From the NCBI RefSeq assembly GCF_004010195.1, contig NW_025214845.1:1-52688 (forward strand): a stretch of DNA of 52,688 nt, given 5' to 3'. The notes beneath the pieces are model-generated. The model did not search any database, was not told the DNA's origin, and saw only the letters and a program-made list of their open reading frames with translations. Shown here piece by piece: positions 25,262 to 37,260 of this stretch. Made by a program: the position numbers and the translations under genes. Origin of the DNA: Chiloscyllium plagiosum. Its lineage: Eukaryota. Position 1 is the stretch's first letter; every line of letters starts with the position of its first letter.

Positions 25262-26005
25262 ATATGAAGATCTTTTTTCCTTGTTCATCCATGGCAGTGC
25301 TTGATGAAGCGAGGACGATCTCCTCAGAGACAGACATATCGTTATCTCTCCAAGTGAGGAGAGCCCAGGCACTGAACTTGTGAACACTAAACCGCCTATT
25401 TTAGAGTGGATATAGCGCTGTGCAATTAGGTTCTTCCTTTATCACTTGGCTGATTTTACTACCTGTGTATATAGTTTTTTTTTTGTAGCACATAAACCAT
25501 TTTTGGTGGGGGAGGGGAGGGAGGGATGAGACGGGAAAATATTAAAACGCAGAGTTAGACAATGTATGACTTGAATAGTAGCAGTATAGTTTTCCAATGC
25601 AGTTTAGAAACTGCAAAGTTACAATACCTGTGTATTGTATGTTTAAAAGAATAAAAAAAAATCTAAAATGTACCTGTGTACATAACTTTGTAAAGACACT
25701 GAGAAATTATACTAACTTATTTATGTTGAAAAGAATTGTTTTTTTGAAATCTAGAAGATAATTTTCCGTTAAGCCAAAGTGGCATTCTTCATGTGCATTT
25801 GTAAATGCTTTATTGTAGATTTTCCCTTCCGTTTTTGCCTGTCATAATATAAGGCTATGCTTGAAAGAGAAAGCGTCCTGAGCCATTTTCTGCCTTAATA
25901 TTGAATATATTCCTCATTTTTGTTTTGTAACGTGTGAAGAGATGCTGACTTTGTCCCGCATCCTGATTTCAAATAAAGAAAAACGTACAATATACGTGTG
26001 TATAG
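25262..26005 (+). other. CDKN1B: CDKN1B exon 3 (3'UTR)
   Basis: Acceptor tttttccttgttag|; blocks tgcaattagg, tactacctgtgtatatagttttt, tgtacctgtgtacataact, aattatactaacttatttatgtt and aagccaaagtggcat match the recalled mammalian UTR; AATAAA 25972-25977. Confidence 0.88.
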
Positions 26006-26559
26006 CTAATTCACATTGCAAATGTCCAAGAAAGCGTTAAAGTAGCTAGTGCTACTACCTTAGTTAAGTTGAGGGATGTTTTGGTTTGCATAATGATTTG
26101 AAAATGATCTCGGGGTTTCTGTGATTGTAAATGTAAGGCTTATTTTGAGATGAGGCATTTTTAAGTGTCGATGCGAGCTACACCTAGTCAAAGAAATAAG
26201 TAAAAATGTTTAATGTTCCATATTTTCAGAAAACCGTTATAATTCCAAGGGTTTTATCCGCACCCTGAAACAGTTGCCTCTGATGCTTAAGACATTATTT
26301 TTAAATGATAAACGCATCTTCTTGGGTGTGATTTTTGAAGAGGGGATTTAGCGTGGCGGGGGAGTTGACAACAGAATGCCAGAGTGCTTAGGTCCTGTAC
26401 CTTATCTTCACCACCTATCTTCCCCCCTCAAAGGAAAAGCGAACCGACATGCATTTGAAAGCCTTATTTTAAAAAAATAACAGTAGCTGCAGAAACAATA
26501 GCTTTGTAAAACATTATCGCCCGCTAAGTAGGAGCCAGACACTCCCAGGAGCAGCTACA

Positions 26560-27050
26560 GTGTGTGTGGGAGAGGGGGAGCTCGAGCTCTGGAGCGGCTA
26601 GCGCTCTGTGGATGATTGACAGCTCGCGTACTAAAAAAAGCACGCCACGGTGTGGCGGCCAATGAGGGCGCGAGCTACTCCAACGTCAGCGCGCGCCTGG
26701 CCGTGTTTGTCTTTCAAAACTGTTGCCCCGCCCACTAGCCACAGTCGCGTTGGCCCACGCTCGAGGAGACGAAACAAACGGTTGGGAACGACACGATTCT
26801 ATTGGAGGACAAGAACGTCAATCAGCGAGAGGAGGCGTCCTTGTCGCGAGCGCGCACGCAGTTCGGAGAGAGGCCGTCCAACTTTTTGAATTCATATTTA
26901 AAACGACAATAACCGTTTCCCAAAGTCTATTTAAAGCTGCGCCAAAAAAATAGAAACCTTCACTTGCCTTTTTTATTGGTCTGTCTCCTGCAACGGTTAG
27001 ACCGAAATGATACATTTACAACGGCACGGCCGCTCGAATTTAGAAAACAA
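26560..27050. promoter_or_regulatory. CpG-island promoter-like element downstream of CDKN1B
   Basis: Very CpG-dense; TGATTGACAG 26613-26622, CCAAT 26659-26663, GC box 26725-26733, ATTGG 26801-26805, GTCAATCA 26817-26824, TTTGAA 26885-26890. Confidence 0.75.
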
Positions 27051-28362
27051 AATGACGATCATACAAAATAGGTCTGTCAATGTAGGCGGAGTGGAATGCG
27101 TTCTTTATATTTTTAAGAAAAAGCCTTAAGTGCGTTTAAGACAGCGAAGTGTGAATAAAATGTAATTTTCTACAGAGTGCAGTATGGAGCGGACCTTTTT
27201 TTAAAAAAGTGATGTTACAGTGCGGACAGGTTTAGATGGCCTCCATCCACCCTTTACGTTCCTTCACATGTTTCACAGCTGCTGCCCAGTGACTAAGTGA
27301 ATTGCCAATTTAAAAAAAAATCATTGGAACGATCACTCCACGCTGTCACATAGGAGCGGGGAAGTTGGTAAGTAGCTTGTTCTCATTTTAGAAGAAAGGA
27401 AAAGAAAAGGCCGCTATTAAAAAGCCATTTTACTCTTGCAGTAATTATGTTGTAATTAGTTATAATAAACACGTCTTACTTAACGAGACAACTTGCTTCA
27501 GCCTGCAGTAAATATTAGGCAGCGAAATGGAAACTAAACTGTATTTCATCTTCAACAATTCTCAGTGTAGACCTCAGCAAGGCAACCACAACGTTTGCAG
27601 TAGGTCTGCCTTTTTAGTGGTATACTGGTACACCCAGTACCTACATCCTAAATAATACCTGTTTTTTAAAAAAGGTACATGTACGTGATTGATGACTGGC
27701 TTTCGTGGTATGTTCCACAGCAAATTTAAATTTAATTTTCACCTACTTTTGCGCAGTCCTCATCAGTCTAACAAGATTATAGTGGCATAGATACTCACTA
27801 AAATGTGCTCTTGACGTTTTTTTTTCTTAAAAAAGCAACAAGTAAAATTGTGTAGCCCCATTTGTAGAAAGACAAGCCTATGCGTGAAATATACAAAGTA
27901 TCTGTTTCATATAAACTTGCCAATAGATAAGAGGAAGAACTCTCGTTTGGAGACCTCGTCTGCTTTCTCCAGGTGTAATCTATTTATTAATGTGAAAACA
28001 ACGCCATTCGCCTTTCATGAGTTTAACACAAACACAATTGAAGCGATCATATATAACACCATGCTGCAAGACATCTCAAACAGAAGGCCTGGTAATTTGT
28101 AAATCATTTCGCGAAGTATCAATCGAGCAGAACTCGTACAGAATTCTAAATCAATTGAAGCCTTCACTCAATCAATAACGACTTTTGTGGGGTTTATTTA
28201 TCTGCTCACTAGGAATAAAAATAGTGGTGGGTGGGGTGGAGCGTTAGTAAGTTATGGGATACTTAATGTCTGCCTGTAATGTTATTGATTAGCTAATCAA
28301 TTGGTTTATGATTATAAACTTGCACACAAAAAATCAGTTGGACTATGAGCTCTTATTTCGTA

Positions 28363-28467
28363 GAGGTAATATCCCTACCTCTGGACCAAGAGGCTCGGGT
28401 TCAAGTCCCACCTGACGCAGAGTAGTATAATAACAGCAGTGAACAGGTTGACTAGAAAATATCTAAG
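28363..28467 (+). mobile_element. Short tRNA-derived SINE (host of the fold-back insertion)
   Basis: ccctacctctggaccaagaggctcgggttcaagtcccacctg...gaacaggttgactagaaaatatc; same family as 14183-14302. Confidence 0.7.
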
Positions 28468-28591
28468 GTAAAAACAATGACTGCAGATGCTGGAAACCAG
28501 ATTCTGGATCAATGGTGCTGGAAGAGCACAGCAGTTCAGGCAGCATCCGAGGATGCTGCCTGAACTGCTGTGCTCTTCCAGCACCATTGAT
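28468..28591. mobile_element. Fold-back Penelope-derived mini-element with 16-bp TSD
   Basis: Perfect inverted arms 28507-28548 / 28551-28592; TSD ctagaaaatatctaag at 28452-28467 and 28592-28607. Confidence 0.9.
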
Positions 28592-31474
28592 CTAGAAAAT
28601 ATCTAAGTATACTTAAGTCCGGCTTGACATGTATCTCTACCTTTGGGCTAAAAGCGCCTGGCTCAAGTCCCACCTATAGATTTGATCAAGTTGATTAAAA
28701 ATATGGAAGTTTTAGATCGATATTAAAACATTAAACGTCGGCTGTCCAAATCTGGCACCACTTAACTATAATCTTCATGCAGAAAAAAAACACTACAGGT
28801 TATGCGTACTTGAACCAAGTATCACTAATTTTACCCGAATTAAAGGCCCTGCCGAATATTAACCTTTTTGTTGAATCGATATTAGGACATCCAATTCAAT
28901 TCTGTTTTCATAATACAATTATAGTCTCTCACCACATAACCACACATTGTTTACGACCCTGGCAGTGTTAAAAATGTTTTGGTATTCATGCATACACCTG
29001 TGACTCCATGTATTTTTACAGATTACACATATTTTGCATATACTTCACCATCAATTGTCATTCTTAAAAAAATGAAATTATTTGGAAAATGAAGCAAGTA
29101 TTTGCATTACATTTACAATGGAATGGGTAAATGGCGGTAAATGGGTTAAATTGGAGAATCGTATATTGTGAAAAGTGAACAGGTACAAAGACAGACTGAT
29201 AAAAGGCTGGAGTCTACATCAGGGACACAGGAGAAAAGTGGCAGATATATGTAACGCAAAACAATCAAGAGTGATTATTACAAGAATGATAGTTTGATTG
29301 GAGGATCGATTGAAATAATAAGATAATACAGAAATGGATGACTTCAGGGGTCTGGATGGACAAAAACCACAGAGAACCAAGGCTGGGATGAACTGATGGT
29401 TTATTTTCAGGTGGAGCAGAAAAAAAAGTGAGCCGCTGCGATGCTTTGGGTGATAAAACCAGACCGGTCTCCCAATACCATCCACGGCCAAGATTATTGA
29501 ACAGGAAGATTATGTAGGAAGACGCAGAAGAATAAATACAAACATGGACTCTTTCAGCTACAATGAGAGATTTAACACAGAGCGTTGTTTGGTTCGAGAA
29601 TAGAATTAGATTTCTATTAACGCGTTTCGTTGTTCCTTATGTATCCCGATCGGTTATCGGTAATGACTCATACACGTTAATTCTAAAATAAAAACCTTAT
29701 TTCTATACCATTATTTCTAAATTTAAAGGAAGGAGAGATATTATGTCTTATTTTCGATGGATTAACGTATCAAGTCAGAGGTCAGTCATATGCACTCAAT
29801 TCAACGCCATCACATATGGAAATAAAGTACAGAAACAATTTTTCTGACATTTGCTATCTAATCGGTATGGGACAGAGATGAAAATTGCTGTTAAATCATT
29901 AATTAAGAGAAAAAGAAAGGGAGGATCTTTCCCCCCCAGACAACAACGTTACATTGATCATTTTTTCTTGTTGGAGAACTTAGTCAATGCTCTAAAGACA
30001 TTTCTTAAATATCATTTAGGCCAGGCTAGTCTATCTCTGGTTACCTAATGGCATACATATAAATTCATACAATACAAAGCAAATTAAAGATGCATTAAGC
30101 TCCCAGGCAGGGGCAAAGATCATATAATCTAACTGTGGGAGTAAAATCATCGTTTGGAAATAAAATAGCTACCCAAGAAATTATGAATTATAACTACACC
30201 GGCTTTACCCATTTCAATCTCCAACTTTTTTTAAGTTGTGAAGGAAAATATCTGAAGCGATGAAAGCTGTGTCAGATAAGGTTGAGATAGATCTTAATGA
30301 TATTTCGTATTGATAGTTTATTATGTGGGGTGGGGGGGGGGGGGGGTGCCTTTGAAATTCCAAAATCGATGCAATGGAATATTGTCCATCTATGAATGAA
30401 TCATATTTCCAAACTAGATTCTATACCTAGTTTAAACATAATTTAAGAATTGATTATGCAAAATTTGTATGAAAACCTTTAATATGCTTTGATCCGCCAT
30501 GGTTAGTAAATTATAAATGTGAAACTTCATAAGAACGGTGCCAGTTAACTGATTCTATGTAGGTAGACTACTTTTACAAATCTGAAAGCCTGTTCCTAAA
30601 GTGTAAATCTCATTGCAACTGAAATGATACTCCGGCTAAATGCTACTTATTATAGGAAACAGTTCGAGTCAATTTCTTACTGTCGAAAGACAGTCAAGAA
30701 TCCATCAGACCTCATCCTGTTTCACTGTTGCAGATTATGTAACGAAATACAACAACGTGGATGAAGCCATCCAGCACAAAGTGAATGAACTATAATCTAG
30801 TTACTGTTGGTTTTTAGTAGATTAGGATTTCGATGACTGTACACCATACAGGTTTGATATAACTCAGTTGAAAACCACATTAAAAGCGGCAATTGAATCC
30901 AAAGAAACAAAGTTGACTAAGCTCGAAAGTAGAATCACATCACTTATTTAACCTCTGAAGAATGCATATTCTACAACTGCTCTTCCGTGCATTTCTATAA
31001 CATTAAACAACTTACAATTCCAGAGTGAATGCATAACACTCTACTGTTTACCGCACATATTTGCACGTGCTCTGCGCCTATTTCCACCTCTTAAACCGAC
31101 ACATAGACATCAGAAAAAAATCCCTCCCCACACAAATATTATCCAGTCTCTCCTAAACATACAATCAACAAATGCGTAGTAGAGAATCAGTTTCCGTTTT
31201 AAATATTTGCTCCATTCACGAAACATCAATTACTATGTCTAACGTTTCTACAATAAAGACGAAAAACTTGCCTTCCCGTTTCTCACAATGTGTGTGGGGA
31301 TGAATTTCCGCCAAGGTTTTTCCGCTCTCTTATACAGAAATTTACTCCACTTCCATTTTACTTAGGAAATCTTTGCGCAATCAATTTGCATTCCCGAACA
31401 ATTGGATGGTTTAGACACAAAGAAATTTGAGTTTTAACTGAAGATAACATTGTCACTCTAGGGGTATAAAAAGA

Positions 31475-31862
31475 TGGTAGCCATGACTTGGAGGTACCGG
31501 TATTGGACTGCTGTGGACAAATTTGAAAACCACACACTGCCGGGTTATAGTCCAACAGGTTTATTTGGAAGCACTAGCTTTCTAAGCGCTGCTCCTTCCG
31601 GATTTAACCTCTGAAGAATGCACATTCTTCAACTCTTCTTTCGTGCACTTCTATAACATTAAACAACTTACAGTTCTAGAGTGAATGTACAACACTCAAC
31701 TATTTACCGCACATATTTCCACATGCTCTGCGTCATTTTCAACCTCTTAAACGACACAAACATCAGAAACATTTCCCTAGAAAAATTACAACCACCTGAT
31801 GAAGGAGCAGCCGTGCTTCTAAATAAACCTGTTGGACTATAACTGGTGTTGTGATTTTTAAC
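31475..31862. mobile_element. Fold-back mini-element with 12-bp TSD enclosing captured local DNA
   Basis: Inverted arms (gttatagtccaacaggtttattt / aaataaacctgttggactataac); TSD ggtataaaaaga at 31463-31474 and 31863-31874; interior 31602-31778 duplicates 30946-31125. Confidence 0.88.
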
Positions 31863-31884
31863 GGTATAAAAAGAAACATTGAGG

Positions 31885-32120
31885 AGGGTGATGGTGTAAT
31901 GGTAATTATTGGGCAAGTATTCCAACTTCAAAATACTTTGGGACACAAGTTCAAATCTCACAATGGTAGACGATAATAAAATATGGAAAAAAAAACTGGC
32001 CTAATGATGAGCATGTAACTACTGTTGATGACTGGGGCTTTTATGGCACAGTAGTGGTGTGTCTATCTCTGAGCCAGGAGGCCCGGTTCAAATCCTACCC
32101 GTTCCAGAGGTTTGTAATAG
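31885..32120 (+). mobile_element. Two adjacent degraded tRNA-derived SINEs
   Basis: A/B-box-like heads tggtgtaatggt...agttcaaatctc and tggcacagtagt...ggttcaaatcc. Confidence 0.55.
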
Positions 32121-32825
32121 TTTCAAATCGACCTGTTCAGAGAAATTAATAGAAGAGAACATTCTCGGGTAATTGTAGCTCTTTCATTGGCTGCAATGCT
32201 CGGGAAAACACCAATGAAGCTACTGTACAGCAGTTATGCGATTATGGCATCACTCGTCTGCGTAAATTCCCTGCTGGAGGACACTCGACCAGGGAACAGA
32301 CATCAGTAACCATATTCCCAGAACTGCAAGTAATTTCTTAGGTTCCGTTTCTTGTTTCTAGTTATTTGTAATTCAAGGAAAAAAAAACTACTGCAAAATT
32401 TTGTTATTTCCTTATTTGAGAAAAACAACCGAGAAGTTTATTTTAAATCTATTTAATGTGAATCTAACGAAATGCTAAGGGAAACACAACTTTAAATGCA
32501 GACTTTCGAGAATGATTGTTAATGTTAACAATACACAGTAGCCAATCAAGATAAACATGTAATAAGGATTCTTTTGAAATTTTCGATTAAGGCTCTACTT
32601 AGCAACTAAGACATTTGAACAATTTCCGCTGTCGATCCATCCAGCTAATTACAAACTTTCCTGGTCAGTTAATTTGGGCCAAATGCACTTTTCAATCTGG
32701 CTGAAATTTGCACTTTGAAGGCAAAGCTTTGAAGCGCCGTTATCTTTTAAATTTTTATACACATGTGCAGTAGTACATAGTGACAATATACGAATAGTTT
32801 ACATCCATCTGTCCTTTTCACGTAG

Positions 32826-32916
32826 GAAGAACGCTGGTCAACCAGATACAACTGATGATCTTTGAAGCAAAAACCTAAACGTGCCCAAGGGAAAAAGCAA
32901 TGATATTTAAGCGAAG
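32826..32916 (+). other. Candidate non-coding exon (91 nt)
   Basis: Acceptor gtccttttcacgtag| and donor AAG|gtgagg; stops in all three frames. Confidence 0.4.
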
Positions 32917-35289
32917 GTGAGGCGAGTTACACATCAGAGGAAGTAGTGGTGAGAGTTTCAACGAGAAGCAATCTCGGAATAGGTTAGATAGGGGTCCAGT
33001 ATGTTGAGTATCCATTGAGATGTAGGTGATGCTAACCTTTATGGACTTTCAAGTCGACAGAAGTCCAAGATTTGATATTTTGCATTATGGAGTGACGCGC
33101 CCTCTACACTACCATATTTCAGGAACGGAATTATGCAGTAATAGTAGTGTGTAATGCAGTAATAGTAGTTGCTCTGACGCGGCGTTCACGAATATGCTAA
33201 CTGCTAATGCCAGCCAGACGTTACGGCCCAGCGACCAAGTTAACTGGATCTTATTTGGAGAGCAGGCAATTACTAACATTCTGAAATTGCATAGATTTGT
33301 TATCATTAGTTACACTCATGGTTAATAAGAGGATATGCCCTCCTGCAGTGACAAAGTGGAGAAGTTGACTGACCCATCAGTGGAATATTTGACTTATGCA
33401 GGACAACTGGTGTTAAAAATCACTGCTTCAAGTCCCACCTGTTTCAAAGTTGATGAGAAAACGTTTCTTTTAAGTTGAAGTGCCCATTCTACGGGTGCTA
33501 ACTGGCTTATTGAGCACCCCCAAATGGTGGCCAGCAAATCGTCATCTTGATTACAGGAAAAAAGTACAGGCATAACACATTTCACTTGTAAAAAAGGGCT
33601 AACCACTCTTGCAGGCATTTATTTCAAAGTTAATTTACTGCGAGGCAGAGTTAGCTACATTGGGGTGAATCAGGTTTTAGGATTACTGGGGAGCCCATAA
33701 AACGTTTTACAATACTCACTTTAAAGCATAACTTCCCATTTAATCAATTATCGGATCCAGTCCAGATCACATCCCTTGACCCCTAGCGCTAATGCTGGAA
33801 TTCCTAACCCTAATGTGAACCGAGTCTTAAACCCAAAACGAATTTACCTGAAGACTTCTGCGATGCTAATAGTGCTCTTATCTTTTACTTCTCTTCCTTG
33901 GAAGGCTGTTGAGCTCTCCCAGTCCTATTATAATGAGAGCTGGAGAGTCTCTGTATGTCATGAGCCTCTTATCCAAAATAGAGCGAACAATCCCAAAGCA
34001 ATTAATTAAAAACTAATTTCAAATATTTAAGCAAAAAAAAGATTAGAAAGTTGGCCCTCTTGGAGCTGGATAATTGGATATTCAATTGTGAAGTGCTACC
34101 CTTCCCTAATTGGAGGGCGCGGAGAAGCTACGTATCAGGAACAAGGACGGGAACAAATAATACACAACGCACTGCAACCTAGATTCGGTTCTTTATTCAT
34201 TGCAGAAAATGTCAATCATTCTAAATGTAAACGATCTTAAAATGTGAAAGTTTTCTCCCCCCCCCCCGTCCTTTTTATGCAAATCGCATTTCATGTTATT
34301 GTAAATGCAAGTTATTGTTTCCAATGTTTGAGAGGCAGCTCTTTGCATATGTATATTCAAGCAAGTAACCGAGATCTCTCCTAAACAGAATGGTTAAAGT
34401 TTCAAATCAGTCGGGAACCAAGCAATGTAAACAGGATTGTTTGGCTGGAACCCAAAATGCTGTTATGCCGACCAATAGCTAAAGAGTAAATGCATTAAAC
34501 TTTCTATAATTGATATAAAATATTTACATTGTATTTTCCTTTGATTAACAGGTGATTGTTTTGTATTAGCATCCTATGATTATATTTTGTGTTCTAATGA
34601 GTGTAATAATTGCAGATGGTCGAACTGCTCCCAGAAAGGAAAGACTTATTTACAAAAAACTAGCTGATTAGTACGTGTTTTTCATGGAATAATACAGACC
34701 TTCGTGATTTATCATTAAGACTCTATTGAAACCAAACGTTTCACTTATTGTAATGTTAACAAACTTCAAGTGCTTTAAATACTTGAAGTGAAAAGAATTG
34801 CAGGCTAAACAGCTCAGCATTGTGGCTAATTAAATAGCGCTTTCAGAAAGCTGGCACAATCATAATGGTTTCCTTCTGTGCTATATTTTCCTATGATTTT
34901 GTATGAAGGTTTTTTTCTGGTACGTACACAATTTGAAGAAACATCTTCCGCATAACTTACAATATTATACTTCCATTATTAATGCATAAGTTAATTATCT
35001 GCATATAATTATGACTCAAACCAGTCTTTGTTTATACACTCATTGGAATATGACATCACTGGCAAACATTCATTGTCCATCCCTAATTGTCTAAGAGAAG
35101 GTAATAGCAAACTGCTTTTTTTGAACTGCTGCAATCTGTGTGGGTGAAGGTAATACTTCAGTTCAATTTTCTATGTCTGGCTTTACTAGTGTACTGTGGA
35201 TCATCGGAGAATGGAGATTCAATAAATCCACTTGTATTGTATGTGGTGATTCATTCTGGTCAAAAAAAATATGTTGTGAACTGTCCTCT

Positions 35290-36290
35290 ACAGTCTTCGG
35301 GAGAGGTCCATTTCCACCAGTTCACTATACTCTGAAGGATGAAATTTCTCTTTCTCAGTCGAGAACAACCTATATTGTATCCTGAGCATGACCGCTTGTC
35401 CTGGGCTGGCACCACCAATCCTGCCCCACCTTGTGGAAAGGAAAACATCCGTTTTGCATGCTCAAGAATGAGAATGTGATTCATGCTTTTAAACTTCAGT
35501 GAATAGCTCCAGTTGACCCAATCTCTCCTAATCAACAACGCCACCAACCCATGGATCTGTCTGGTGAGCCTTTGCTGCATCCCACTTCAGAAAGTATATC
35601 TTGGATGAGGAAACGAAAGCTGTATACAATGCTCCACTTGTAGTCTCAAGGCACAGTAAGCTACAGTAAGATTTCCTTGCTTCTGTACTCAAACGCTTTA
35701 ATGCAATTTACATACCCAACTGCTTGCTGCAACTGCATGCTTGCTTTCAGTGAGCTATCTAGGTCCCTTTTGTGCATCAACATTTCCTAATCTATCATTT
35801 AAACAATACTTTGTCATTATGTTTTTCCTATCAAAACTAACCAACTTCATATTTATCTATACTCTACTGCATCTGCCATGCATTTGCCCACTCACTGAAC
35901 TTATCTGAACAAACAGGATCTTTACACCTTCTTCACCACTTACCATTCTATGTAGTTTTGTGTCATCAGGAAATGTGGAAATAGTGCATTTCATTCTTTC
36001 ATCCTATTAATTTATGTATATTGTGAATAGCTAGCAGTCCAAACACTGATCCCTGCAATACCTGACTAGTGACCACATTCTACTCTGAAAAATGCCTATT
36101 TAATCCTGTTTCTTGTCTACCAACCAATTCTCATTCCATGATGGTATATTGACCTTTAATTCCATGTGCTTTCATTTTGCACAGTAAATGTGATTTCATC
36201 AAAATCTTTCTGAAAATACAAATATTTTCTAGCTCTGCTTGTTTTCCTGCATCAATTCTACTAGTTATTAATTTGAGGCTGACCTTACCT
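35290..36290 (-). mobile_element. Old degraded CR1 LINE
   Basis: Minus-strand remnants KMKAHGIKG, tttgtgtcatcag (xDDTK) and catctgccatgcatttgccca (WANAWQM). Confidence 0.7.
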
Positions 36291-36689
36291 ATCTGAAGGC
36301 ATTTAATATTTAAAATATTCTTCTGGTGCTTTCTGATCATAAGTCACTGTCTTACTGAGGTGCGAAATTTAGCTCATCAGCTATGATGCGATTACATGTA
36401 GAGCAGGGTATTTGGTATGAATGGCTGCTGCCTCCTCTTCCTGTAACTCATCCTTCCCTCATTCACATGTAGCCTGAGTCTTTCTATTTGTTTCTCTTTC
36501 TGTCTCCATGTCTCACACACAAACCACCTGGAAACAATCACAAACATCAGACAGCCATTTTATGTTTGTTATTGGTGACCATTCTATGTCCCCACAGCCT
36601 GGGGTCACTTATTATAGAGATTAATTACTCAATGATTTATTCTGAGTGCTTCAAATGTAACAGAGGCATGGATAATATAGGCAGTAAAT

Positions 36690-37260
36690 GTTTAAGATGG
36701 TAGATATAAGTGCCAATCAAGCAAGGTACTTTATTCTAGATGTTAAACTTCTTGAATGTTGTTGGATGTGGACTCATGCCAGCATGGAGTGTATTCCATT
36801 ACTGTCCTTACATGGGCCTTAAAGTTGGTGGAAAGACAGAGTAAGCCATGTATTGCAGAATATCCAGCTTCTGACCAGCTTATGTATCCACAATATTTGT
36901 GGCTAGACCAGTTAAATTTGTGGTCAATAGTGATCCTAAGATGCTGAAAATGGAGCAATTGACAATGTTTCGATGCTTTTGACTATCAAGGGAATGTGGT
37001 AAGATTCTTTCTAATCGGAGATTGCACATTGTTTTGTTGCACAAATTTCTTTTGGTGCACAGGTTTTGGAGATTTAAGAGGTGAGTTACCTGCTACAAGA
37101 TCCCTAGTCTGTCACATTAATTTAAGTTTAGTCCAGTTGACTTTCTGGTCAATGGTAACCTGCAAGATGTTGCTATCAAGGGATTCAGCAATGATAATGC
37201 CATTGAATGTCCAAGTATATGGTTATGCCCTCTCTTTTTGGAAATGTTCATTGCCATCTA
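36690..37260 (-). mobile_element. Degraded LINE RT fragments, partly duplicated
   Basis: ITIDHKFNWSSH and FKAHVRTVMEY remnants; homologous to 3300-3715. Confidence 0.6.

Noticed and set aside
26650..26953. Arg/Ala-rich ORFs in the CpG island
   Set aside because: Non-ATG starts and composition explained by high GC; no recognisable domain
28507..28592. Hairpin as a pre-miRNA or DNA-transposon MITE
   Set aside because: Perfect stem with 2-nt loop, asymmetric extension and 16-bp TSD fit a Penelope-type inverted insertion; DNA-transposon TSDs are shorter and fixed
30326..30346. Poly-G tract (also 38449-38466)
   Set aside because: Simple homopolymers with no supporting context; lengths are error-prone
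33133..33170. Tandem duplication of atgcagtaatagtagt
   Set aside because: Two units only; ordinary slippage, not an array
20472..33646. Shared 14-mer atttactgcgaggc at ~20472 and ~33633
   Set aside because: A single short match without flanking similarity; cannot be distinguished from chance
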